64,000 bases of DNA from a virus. The DNA lies in IMG/VR virus record IMGVR_UViG_3300027881_000536, positions 54,156 to 118,155 of that record. One strand, given 5' to 3'. Below, piece after piece: positions 55,398-63,984 of the stretch (positions within the stretch are counted from its first letter, which is position 1; the number at the start of each line of letters is the position of its first letter). The notes below the pieces were generated by a model. That model searched no databases, was not told where the DNA came from, and worked only from the letters and a program-made list of their open reading frames with translations. The position numbers and the translations under genes were made by a program.

Positions 55398-55735
55398 TCT
55401 TCTTCCTCCTTCTCTTGGCATTCTTGGCAGTGGTAATCACACCATTCTATGTCGTCATCGCTCCAAGGTATGTTGCTAACCATATAGTGGACAACATTGA
55501 CCCATCTTTGTCCAGCACATATGTACAAACAACTGCATTCGTCAGATTCTACGACTGACCAAATACGATTTACATCCTTAATTGAGCCAAATTTCTCTTT
55601 CTTTCTAACAGTGTCAAGTTGGGCTTTTTCCCACCCATAGTACCCACTATCTTCATCTTCATTTGGGGCAGTTATGAACTCCCAATCTTCAATTAGTTCC
55701 ATTGTCTCATCGCTAGTTAGTGGGTAGTTGGTCAT
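55394..55735 (-). CDS. Hypothetical protein (113 aa)
   Basis: RIWSVVE...Y...G.RWVN...Y is a phage-type motif. Confidence 0.6.
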   Translation of the reverse strand: MTNYPLTSDETMELIEDWEFITAPNEDEDSGYYGWEKAQLDTVRKKEKFGSIKDVNRIWSVVESDECSCLYICAGQRWVNVVHYMVSNIPWSDDDIEWCDYHCQECQEKEEEE

Positions 55736-56025
55736 TTCTCCTCCTTCAGTAGTCGGTGTAGTGCAGGTGTAGGTGAACGCATACAGGTGTCTTTGAGCGT
55801 GTATCTCTTCTCAATTTCCAAAATTATCTTCAGCATAATCTTCTTATCGTTAGCATCATCTGTATCTTCCATCTTTTTCGCAAACATGTGCAGACAAGCC
55901 ATGACACTTGTAGTTGGGAAGTCGTTGCATACCTTGTCCAGCGGTGGTAATTTTGGGTCACCTTTCGCAGCAGACCACATGATGTTAGCAATCGTATTGG
56001 GTGTCAGAGGTGGTTTATTACTCAT
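55732..56025 (-). CDS. Hypothetical protein (97 aa)
   Basis: Coupled ORF. Confidence 0.55.
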   Translation of the reverse strand: MSNKPPLTPNTIANIMWSAAKGDPKLPPLDKVCNDFPTTSVMACLHMFAKKMEDTDDANDKKIMLKIILEIEKRYTLKDTCMRSPTPALHRLLKEEK

Positions 56026-56641
56026 CCTCTGACACCTCAATAAAGTTCATGCATAGCCAAGCAAGAAGCCACTCTTGCCTCACACAAGGGTAGTTCTCGT
56101 TCGGATGCTTGACGATAGCATCCAAATGACTGAATGCCACGAACAGAGATTCGCCGTCTGCCATTGTGAACTCAAGCATCTTGACATCTTCATCTCTGTT
56201 GTTCTTACCATCAGTAACTCCAACAAACTCCATTATCATGTAGTCTGAGGCTTCGCTAGCAAAACTAACCACATTGTGACTAGACTCCTGAAGCCTTCTC
56301 CCTAATTCCATCATCTCGTGTTGGTCTATGGAACCATTGGCAGTTGGGATGTTGAAAGCCATACCATACTGCCTTAGTGCTCTATCCGAGCCTGTCTGGC
56401 AGAATGGTGTGCCAATTTCTTCTTTCATCAATTGATGAACTTCTGCAGGGTCGGGGTGTCCAAACTGTAGGTGTAGACTCCCGCCGTTCTGCAGGTATGA
56501 CGATTTAATCCTGAACTCTGGTGCAGTCAGGTTTGGTGCTCCCTTCTCACCTTCGATGTTATCATCGAAGATTTCAGTAACATCGTTTTCGGGAACGACC
56601 TTCGTCGGTTTTGTCAAGTATTTTTTAATGTTTTCATTCAT
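56018..56641 (-). CDS. Hypothetical protein (~207 aa)
   Basis: Start MNENIKK inferred from the overlap. Confidence 0.55.
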   Translation of the reverse strand: MNENIKKYLTKPTKVVPENDVTEIFDDNIEGEKGAPNLTAPEFRIKSSYLQNGGSLHLQFGHPDPAEVHQLMKEEIGTPFCQTGSDRALRQYGMAFNIPTANGSIDQHEMMELGRRLQESSHNVVSFASEASDYMIMEFVGVTDGKNNRDEDVKMLEFTMADGESLFVAFSHLDAIVKHPNENYPCVRQEWLLAWLCMNFIEVSEDE

Positions 56642-56861
56642 TTTCTTCATTCTCCTGTTTCTTGGAGTCGTTGTATGCATTGTTGATGCAGAATATCGCC
56701 TTTTGGTTGAGATAATCGGCTCTCCTATCGTAGCCTTTTCTCTGCTCATCAGTTAGATTAGGATTATTGCTCTCCCCAATAGCGTGTATCATCTCACTCA
56801 TTATGTATGCGATTTCCCTCACCCAGTAATTATCGTGGTTAGCGCTTATCTCAGACGACAT
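56634..56861 (-). CDS. Hypothetical protein (75 aa)
   Basis: Start MSSEISAN inferred from the overlap with the phosphatase stop. Confidence 0.5.
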   Translation of the reverse strand: MSSEISANHDNYWVREIAYIMSEMIHAIGESNNPNLTDEQRKGYDRRADYLNQKAIFCINNAYNDSKKQENEENE

Positions 56862-58356
56862 TGTAGTCATCCTCCCCTGTGGTAGTTTCGTTAGTTGGAC
56901 CATTACCCTCTTCCTTCGCCTCACCTTGTTTAGGTGGGTTTGGGTCATCGGGCCAGTTCTTTCTATTGGTAAGCCTGAACCAATGCTGTGGACTCACACC
57001 ATCTAAGATTAATCCATCTTCCTTCACCAATTGATTAGTGAAGAAGAACGATGCATCCTTACTCTTATTGATACACTCAGGGCAAGCCTTGAGTGTGGTA
57101 GCATTCTTGACATCCAGAGCCATAGTTAGTATATGAGGGCTCAATTTCTTGAAACAGTAGTCGCACTTCACATGATGGACAAAGCCTCGGTCCCCTTTGG
57201 TGTAGTTAGGAGCATCTGACCTATCCTTCATGGTGATATCACACAGTACACAAGAATCTACCACGATGACATTTTCAAGTATCTTGTCCTCTCCATCTAA
57301 CACCGTAGTCCATACATTTACAAGGTTCCTAAGCAGGTTACCTTTGCAGGTGTTACTTGAGTTCAATCTCGTCTGACTCTCTAACAAGTCTGCCCAATTG
57401 TCACCATGTAGTGTTGTCATTAACTCTTCACTGAGATGATTTATTGACATCACTTGAAGGTCGCTAACCGGTTGTAAACACTTCAAACACATGCAGTAGT
57501 CGGTAGAATTGGTAGTGGTATCTCTCTTGACCACGAAGGGGCTCACATCCACTAATTTACCTTGACACTTGATGTCGAAACACCATTCGTCTTTCAGTAT
57601 GTCTTCATCAGTGTTCTCCCAAGATACGAAGTCACATAGTGTGCACTCCACCAACTTGATGTTGTAGTTGGTCTTAGCAGGTGGGTTCTTCTGCCAACCA
57701 CTTGTGCTACCACCGTAAACACTGTGGCCTTGGGTGTATCCCTTGTGGAATCCAAGTGGGGGTCCAACTTCTATTTCACACATATCTGCTACATACTTCT
57801 GTTGTGCTGTCGCTTCTACTGCCTTTTGGCAGTAATTATCTCTGACTTCGGTGATGAGTTCGTTGGAATCTTTCCAAGTCTTCTTCTCTTCATCACTAGC
57901 CAATAGATATCTTAGGATAGACAGTTGCACACCAGTTCTACCGTGTCCGCCCATACACATACAGTGGATGGACTTAATCTCGTTAGTCCTGATGTTCTCT
58001 GCCAGTTCTTCCCAGAACTCTTTGCCTAAATCTTGCGGGACTTTGTAATCAGGGAAGTCTATCGCAAGTATCTCCTTAGGTTCTACTTGCTCTATCTTGC
58101 TCATGCAAGACCATTTCTCCGCGTCCAGACCTCTTGTTGAGTACTTACTAGGCATACCCTTCATTACTTCGTTGTCTGGCCCCATAGCCAAGTCTGGTGT
58201 CTCATCCATGAGCCACCATCCTCCTGCTCTACTACTACCACCTGCATAGACCTTTATTCCGTCATGCGTGGTGAAGGCGAGTGGGTTACCTGTATGGCAT
58301 TCAACCCATCCACCTTTCTTTGTTGTTTTTCCTTGCTGATATTTTGTATCAATCAT
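56851..58356 (-). CDS. Cys-dependent (CX5R) PTP/DSP-fold phosphatase with C-terminal Zn fingers (501 aa)
   Basis: DFPDY general-acid loop, HCMC-MGGHG-RTG P-loop, AVEATAQQKYV Q-loop, five CxxC-type pairs; ATGA-coupled to the upstream giant gene. Confidence 0.8.
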   Translation of the reverse strand: MIDTKYQQGKTTKKGGWVECHTGNPLAFTTHDGIKVYAGGSSRAGGWWLMDETPDLAMGPDNEVMKGMPSKYSTRGLDAEKWSCMSKIEQVEPKEILAIDFPDYKVPQDLGKEFWEELAENIRTNEIKSIHCMCMGGHGRTGVQLSILRYLLASDEEKKTWKDSNELITEVRDNYCQKAVEATAQQKYVADMCEIEVGPPLGFHKGYTQGHSVYGGSTSGWQKNPPAKTNYNIKLVECTLCDFVSWENTDEDILKDEWCFDIKCQGKLVDVSPFVVKRDTTTNSTDYCMCLKCLQPVSDLQVMSINHLSEELMTTLHGDNWADLLESQTRLNSSNTCKGNLLRNLVNVWTTVLDGEDKILENVIVVDSCVLCDITMKDRSDAPNYTKGDRGFVHHVKCDYCFKKLSPHILTMALDVKNATTLKACPECINKSKDASFFFTNQLVKEDGLILDGVSPQHWFRLTNRKNWPDDPNPPKQGEAKEEGNGPTNETTTGEDDYNVV

Positions 58357-61300
58357 TCTATTTTCTCCCATTGTGTTACACTGAGAACATCGTCTGTTTC
58401 AGTGTGGAGTTCTTTTAACAGTGTATTGGTATCTCTATGACCAATAAGATTTGAACCGGACATTCTCTGCAGTACCTCCTTGAAGAAACCAGAGTCACCG
58501 GTTTTTGCCCATTTCTCCTTGCCTTTAGAATAAAGGCGCCTAGTATTGAACATATGAGAGTGCATAAACATATTACTATCCTCTTCCCAGATGGCAGCAG
58601 CCTTGTCTAACTCATCTGCTTTAGCGTAGATTTTGGGATAATACTTATCACAATTGTTCCATGCATCAATAGCAGTCGATGTATTGAAATCCTGTGAAAC
58701 CAAAGAGATACTGATTTGCCATCTCGCCAACATTTTATCTATCCACAAGTGCATATTTCCTGTATCATCATCATGATGAAATAACAGACTACCACCGGTA
58801 TATTTCGACACTTTCATTTCACCATGCTTTACCAAACGCTCCTTCTCCTCGAATATTGTCTGCTCAGGTGCTCTTGTGCTCATACCAGTAATCTCTGATT
58901 CTATTTGTGCTACGGTTGGGATATGCTCTGGGTCAACTTGGATTGTCCAATTACTCATGTATGTCGACAAAGCCATTGATACCATTGCCGCTTCCTCGCT
59001 TGTTAATCCCATTTCTTTTGTAGCAAAGTAATTTTGACAATCCTGTCGCTCACATTGGTCTAATCCGCAGATACCTTCAACATGCATAGTGTAACCATTA
59101 TTAAGTGGTATACCAAACAAATCCCTATCTTCATCAGAAACATCTAAATTGTCCCATGATTCTGTTAGTGGTTGATTAGAATCACTTGGTTTAGACATAC
59201 CATAGATTTCTTCTGCTGAGAAGGTCTTGAAATCACAATCTCGGTTACTTTCCTTAACTCGATTGGCTGCATTCTGTAGGTGCTGGATAAGTTTGTCATG
59301 ACCCTTTGCAACTCTTTCAGGCTCATTGACATAGTTAGTGTAGAACATGGCGTAGAATGGTGCTGTGACCAACCAGTGCTCAGAGGCTGACTGGAAGTTA
59401 TTGTGACCGAGTGTACCTATGTCAAATGCATCCTTATCTCCGAGGAATTTGTTGAAGAAGAAGCCTGTGTTGTGCACAGCATTCTCCAACTTGTTCACTT
59501 GACTTAGTATTCTCGATAAAGGTACATTCTTACCATTCATTAACTTCTTGACTAATTCTGTGACCTTTACCGTAGGATTGACTGAACTGAAGTATTTGTC
59601 ACCACCGTATGAATTACTATGCCATTGATTGTGCTCCTCACTGTATGACTCAGCGTAGAACTTAGCGATTTCATGCAAGTCATCATAGCCTATTTCATTG
59701 TAGTTGAGTCTTCGGTAGTATTCACTCCTTTGGAATAGGTTCCCGACACCACTCTCCCCAGAGATAGCCTTCTGGTACATTATGTGTGAGAATGCCCTAT
59801 GTGGAGTCATATTACATCTACCTCCTAATCCGTGCCTTAGTTCAGCCATACCGACTGCTAATGCTGCTTTAGTTATCCATGTAGTGAACACACCACCAAG
59901 GTATGCTTCTAGTCTTGGGTCATTCTTGGGACCACTGATGAAACTGTGGAAGAATTGTGATAATGGTGCTAGATTGTATGTCCAGAACCTATCTCCATCT
60001 CTCAACCCTATCTTGTAGAAGTCAAGGAATGGTTCAGGGTCGTATGGCTCAGGCTCTGCCTCCGGCATATCTGTGACCCAACCCCCTATCTCCGTCCACA
60101 CAGTGTGGTTCTTCTTTGGTTTGATACCATAGATAACAGGGAAGCCGAAGTCTATCGACACACCTCCAACATGAGCGTTCTGTGTACCTCCAGGGGCGTA
60201 GACTACCAAGCCTTCAGGTAATTCTCCATCTTTAGCCATCTGTTCAAGTTCCAAACACTCTTCAAGCGAGCCTTTACCCACATCCATGACTACTAATTGT
60301 TCAACTGAACCTGCTGGGACATTCCCAGCGATGTGTAGAACAATGCCGTTCACCTTTGGTGGCGGTCTAATGTCCATCTTTTCAGTGTGTAATCCTCTCA
60401 TTTGAGTGATTCCGGGCTTTATTCTAGCATTTTTGCCAGTATGCCTATCATCAGCAGTTTTCTTGAACCAAGTCAATGTACTACTTGATTTTGGGTTCTC
60501 ATATACGAACTCTATTTCGTGGTTATCCATACCATCTTCGAGATTGATGAGTCTGATGTCTTGTGCAAGGTATCTCTGTGCTCTAGCATTAAGGCTGAAC
60601 ACTATATTGCTACCACCACCTGCTGTAACTCCATCATGGTGAGGACCAACTATGAATGAAGAGGAAGTTTTACCAACCACACCTGAGCACATAGGTTTCT
60701 TGAATCTCTGGACTATCAAAGAACCATTAGGGTCGTAGTCAGAGTGACTCGGGTTGAGCATGCACTGACTCAGCATCCTAACACCTTCAATGAATTCCTC
60801 CTCATTCTTAGCGAGCACATTAGGTAGTGCTCCCGGACGAGGTGTTGCAGGGCAGGTTCTGATGAAGAAGCCACTCTTAGTCCATATCTTTCTCGATGGA
60901 CTACCTGTTCCCCATGTCCTGTATAGGCTAAGCAACAAATCTCTTGCTGAACTTACAGCAGCAGTATCTAATGAAAGGTGTAATGCTCTTGCAGAGTAGA
61001 ACAGGTGGTATTCCTGATTCAATGCTATCGCTCTAACACCTTTGGCCTTCTGTGACTCTGGGTCGAAGTTACCATCATTGGAATCGTAAACCAAGAAACC
61101 CTTCATGAAGATACTAGACATTATGTCTCCTTTAGACATCTCCAAATACTTTTTGAGTGTTTCTTTCATATCTTCAGATGACTTGTCAGAGGTCGACAGG
61201 TTAGACTGTCGTTGCAGGGCACCTTCTCGATGTGGTTGTCCCATATCTATAGTTTTAATCAAAGCATCATCAATAGCATTACCCACTACTTGTGCTATGA

Positions 61301-62477
61301 CTTCTGTCAAGCGTCCAATAATATCTCGCCTCTCTTCAGTAGAGAGTGCGTCGTTATAGCAATCATCAATTAATGGCATTGCGGTTTGACTCACGATGAC
61401 TTGCATGAAATCGCTAAGTGTAGAGGCCTTACCACACAAAGAGTAAATGTGCTCTTTGAATAGTTTCTTCGCTTCGTGCTTGAGAAGATTATCTATTAGC
61501 GTTTCAATAAAGTTGAATAATTGCTCATTAGAACATCTTAAGGAGTTTACGAAGGTATTCTCCATTTTCTCTCTGGACATAGTCGTGGATGTCAGTGCCC
61601 AACTGTCATCAAACCTGTATAAGGCTTCAAGTATCTTTGTGGCTCTCTTGTTAGAGTTAACGGGATAGACCGTTTGTTTCTTCTTTTCTTTATTTTCTTT
61701 ATTCATAATATCTACCATCTTTTGAAGGTTAGAAATTGCGGTTTGTTTGTTAGGGCCCCAATCGTCATCAGACAAGTAGCCATCATCGGGGATGTTTTTG
61801 CCACCTGTCCATTTTGTTTGTTTCTCCTGACCTGACGGGGTGAACTCTGGCATCTTCTCAAGGTAAGAGTTAACGATGTATACTGGTCTCCCTGAGGGAA
61901 GATGGTATATCATCTCTCCTTCCAAGTAACATGTTAGAACACTCTTGGTACATGGTGTGACTTCATGAGTTGGAGGGCTATCGGGATTCTTCTGTACCCA
62001 CTCATCATCGAATTCAAGAGGGTCAAAGAGTGACAAGTTGCTAATGGCGCTTGGCTTGAACACAGTTGATAGTAAGATAAGTGCTTGATTAGCAATGTGG
62101 TACTTTGCCCAATTAGATGCATTTAGTGAGTCATATTCACCCATATTATGGAAGGCACTCGCTTCAAGGTCAAATTCAGTGCCGACAATCTCAGGGAACA
62201 ACTCACCGAAGTCAGATAGACCGTGGTGCACCTTATGATAAGGGCATATTTTACAGTCATGGTCAGTACAATGGTCCCAATCAGGGTCCTCGAATTCTTC
62301 TCCGCTAGGTCCGTCATCATACCACTTGTTAACGAATTTTGTCATATCCCTATGTAGTACACCTATCAATGGAATAGTTTCAATGGAACACCACTTGCTA
62401 ATGACGCTTGGCTTGAACACAGTGGATTGCGTAGTGTCTGCTATTGTGTTATGAGTATGGTTATCCATCAGGGCCAC
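58353..62477 (-). CDS. Dikinase-like phosphotransferase: PEP-synthase-type ATP-grasp plus phospho-His swivel plus unknown domains (1374 aa)
   Basis: IRT, LIVQRF, SGV, DGVTAG, EIEF and ITQMRG align with PPS motifs VRSS, VQRM, SGV, GE.VV.G, DIEW and VQARP. YAPGGTQNAHVGG...FGFPVIYG aligns with GGxTxHAAI...GIPAVVG. Confidence 0.75.
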   Translation of the reverse strand: MALMDNHTHNTIADTTQSTVFKPSVISKWCSIETIPLIGVLHRDMTKFVNKWYDDGPSGEEFEDPDWDHCTDHDCKICPYHKVHHGLSDFGELFPEIVGTEFDLEASAFHNMGEYDSLNASNWAKYHIANQALILLSTVFKPSAISNLSLFDPLEFDDEWVQKNPDSPPTHEVTPCTKSVLTCYLEGEMIYHLPSGRPVYIVNSYLEKMPEFTPSGQEKQTKWTGGKNIPDDGYLSDDDWGPNKQTAISNLQKMVDIMNKENKEKKKQTVYPVNSNKRATKILEALYRFDDSWALTSTTMSREKMENTFVNSLRCSNEQLFNFIETLIDNLLKHEAKKLFKEHIYSLCGKASTLSDFMQVIVSQTAMPLIDDCYNDALSTEERRDIIGRLTEVIAQVVGNAIDDALIKTIDMGQPHREGALQRQSNLSTSDKSSEDMKETLKKYLEMSKGDIMSSIFMKGFLVYDSNDGNFDPESQKAKGVRAIALNQEYHLFYSARALHLSLDTAAVSSARDLLLSLYRTWGTGSPSRKIWTKSGFFIRTCPATPRPGALPNVLAKNEEEFIEGVRMLSQCMLNPSHSDYDPNGSLIVQRFKKPMCSGVVGKTSSSFIVGPHHDGVTAGGGSNIVFSLNARAQRYLAQDIRLINLEDGMDNHEIEFVYENPKSSSTLTWFKKTADDRHTGKNARIKPGITQMRGLHTEKMDIRPPPKVNGIVLHIAGNVPAGSVEQLVVMDVGKGSLEECLELEQMAKDGELPEGLVVYAPGGTQNAHVGGVSIDFGFPVIYGIKPKKNHTVWTEIGGWVTDMPEAEPEPYDPEPFLDFYKIGLRDGDRFWTYNLAPLSQFFHSFISGPKNDPRLEAYLGGVFTTWITKAALAVGMAELRHGLGGRCNMTPHRAFSHIMYQKAISGESGVGNLFQRSEYYRRLNYNEIGYDDLHEIAKFYAESYSEEHNQWHSNSYGGDKYFSSVNPTVKVTELVKKLMNGKNVPLSRILSQVNKLENAVHNTGFFFNKFLGDKDAFDIGTLGHNNFQSASEHWLVTAPFYAMFYTNYVNEPERVAKGHDKLIQHLQNAANRVKESNRDCDFKTFSAEEIYGMSKPSDSNQPLTESWDNLDVSDEDRDLFGIPLNNGYTMHVEGICGLDQCERQDCQNYFATKEMGLTSEEAAMVSMALSTYMSNWTIQVDPEHIPTVAQIESEITGMSTRAPEQTIFEEKERLVKHGEMKVSKYTGGSLLFHHDDDTGNMHLWIDKMLARWQISISLVSQDFNTSTAIDAWNNCDKYYPKIYAKADELDKAAAIWEEDSNMFMHSHMFNTRRLYSKGKEKWAKTGDSGFFKEVLQRMSGSNLIGHRDTNTLLKELHTETDDVLSVTQWEKIE
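62038..62423. repeat. 29-bp direct repeat (1 mismatch), 357 bp apart, in frame within the dikinase-like gene
   Basis: TTGCTAATG(G/A)CGCTTGGCTTGAACACAGT at 62038-62066 and 62395-62423, encoding TVFKPS(A/V)IS twice. Confidence 0.9.
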
Positions 62478-62812
62478 ATCTCCTCTTCGTATTCTCCGGT
62501 CTCAATATTGTAATGCATGAGTGAAAGTGCAGGTGTGCAGGCAGTAAGCCTTACCCAACAACTTAGGAAGGCAGTAAGCAAAGGTGTAAGTCCAGTCACA
62601 TAAAGGTATAGTTTGATTTTGTAAGGCTCAACCCGTATCCAGTCTTTGCTCTCTATCCACTCACCACAAGTCCTGCGGAAGTGTGAGAAGTCGAGTGGGT
62701 CATCCACAGGCTCAGGGAAGATGAAGTTCTTCAGTAGTTCACCATCGTTGGTCTTGATTTCATGTCTCCCATTGCAGAGTCCTACATGCCACTTGTTGGT
62801 TGGGTTACTCAT
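62468..62812 (-). CDS. Hypothetical protein (114 aa)
   Basis: VGLCNGRHEI...LYLYVTGLTPLL...LMHYN is a phage-type motif; coupled ORF. Confidence 0.65.
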   Translation of the reverse strand: MSNPTNKWHVGLCNGRHEIKTNDGELLKNFIFPEPVDDPLDFSHFRRTCGEWIESKDWIRVEPYKIKLYLYVTGLTPLLTAFLSCWVRLTACTPALSLMHYNIETGEYEEEMWP

Positions 62813-63308
62813 TGTCTGCCTCTCCTTTCGTTTGATGCTCCGCTAATTCTGGGTTTGGAAGTAATCTCCCAAAGCCTTCTGTCCAACCATCTGGAATCAA
62901 GTGCTTCAATTCATCAGGAACGAGCCCAATGTCCTCATAGAGAATGTCTTCTGCATATCCGCGACGGATGACTACTCCCTCATTCTTCTTAATCTCAATT
63001 TGACTCTCCTTTGTTGCTGTATTGTAGATTGAGGCTGTTCGGCAATGTAGTTCTGCATTGTCACAATTGCGGCATGCCCATCCGAGTACCTTCCTCAACT
63101 CTGCCCATGCACCTGTTTTGAACTGACGGAAGTAAACACGGTTTGATAGTAATATATCCATCTTCCTACCTCGGGTGCTCTTGCACATACACTTGGGAGC
63201 GTGTCTTTTCATCACATCCCTGTGAGTTGCAGACATATCTAGGTCATCCTTGCCTAGATGTGAGTTCTTGTGTTGTATTACTATATTGGCAAGATTCGCA
63301 ACTGGCAT
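62805..63308 (-). CDS. Hypothetical Zn-binding protein (167 aa)
   Basis: CMC...CRNC. Confidence 0.6.
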   Translation of the reverse strand: MPVANLANIVIQHKNSHLGKDDLDMSATHRDVMKRHAPKCMCKSTRGRKMDILLSNRVYFRQFKTGAWAELRKVLGWACRNCDNAELHCRTASIYNTATKESQIEIKKNEGVVIRRGYAEDILYEDIGLVPDELKHLIPDGWTEGFGRLLPNPELAEHQTKGEADNE

Positions 63309-63521
63309 TTACTCTTCCTCCTCTTCAGGTGTAAATAGTCCACGCTTTATCATCTCTGCAACCCAGTTATCTTGGTGCTTCAAGTGCTCTTGGTAGTATA
63401 TGAGTGTGCAGATGTGGTCTATCTCAGCGAGTAGCATATCTTTGAGAAGGTGCAGATGGTCGTTCTCATCAAGCATTTCTTGGTATGCTTGGTCTTTACC
63501 ATCGTAGTCGCTACCGCCCAT
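63309..63521 (-). CDS. Hypothetical protein (70 aa)
   Basis: Abutting ORFs; EEEE tail. Confidence 0.6.
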   Translation of the reverse strand: MGGSDYDGKDQAYQEMLDENDHLHLLKDMLLAEIDHICTLIYYQEHLKHQDNWVAEMIKRGLFTPEEEEE

Positions 63522-63701
63522 CTACTGCACCTCCTGTGTTGCAGTCGCTATTTTCAAGCGGTATGTCCTAGTTCTTCGAGAGCCTTTGAGAAGCCGCATC
63601 TCCTTAGTTAGTCCGTGACGCCTCTCATACTTTGACAAGGGGCGGGTTAGTGTGGAACTCTCTATAGTTCCGTTTGTCTGTGTGTTCATGGTTGTATTCA
63701 T
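63522..63701 (-). CDS. First gene of the early array, basic micro-protein (55-59 aa)
   Basis: MNTTMNTQTNG...KYERRHGLTKEMRLLKGSRRTRTYRLK; GGAGAG RBS upstream; missed by the ORF track. Confidence 0.55.
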   Translation of the reverse strand: MNTTMNTQTNGTIESSTLTRPLSKYERRHGLTKEMRLLKGSRRTRTYRLKIATATQEVQ

Positions 63702-63783
63702 GTTCGACTCTCCGTTGTTATTGATATTCTCTTGTTCTTCTTATCTAGTAATACTATATTCTCTTACAAGAAGAAAGGAATAA

Positions 63784-63984
63784 TGTTGAGAGGGTGGGGG
63801 TGAGAGTTTGACCTCTCCAACACATCTTGTGAGATGTATACCCAGTGGGCAGCAAGATGTATCCCCCCATGTGTGTGTTACTAACCATGTTGTTGGTGGT
63901 TAGTAGTGTGAATGGTATGTAGCAGGGCAAAACCCTATGGTGTGGAGTGTGGTTTTGTCCGTTCGTGATGAATGAGTTATTCAT
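63784..63984. other. Non-coding cluster of short inverted repeats upstream of the early operon
   Basis: At least five hairpin-forming pairs within 200 bp (detailed in findings). Confidence 0.5.

Noticed and set aside
58353-62477. Ordinary PEP synthase/PPDK auxiliary metabolic gene
   Set aside because: The C-terminal PEP/pyruvate-binding barrel motifs are not recognisable, and the protein has large unrelated flanking regions.
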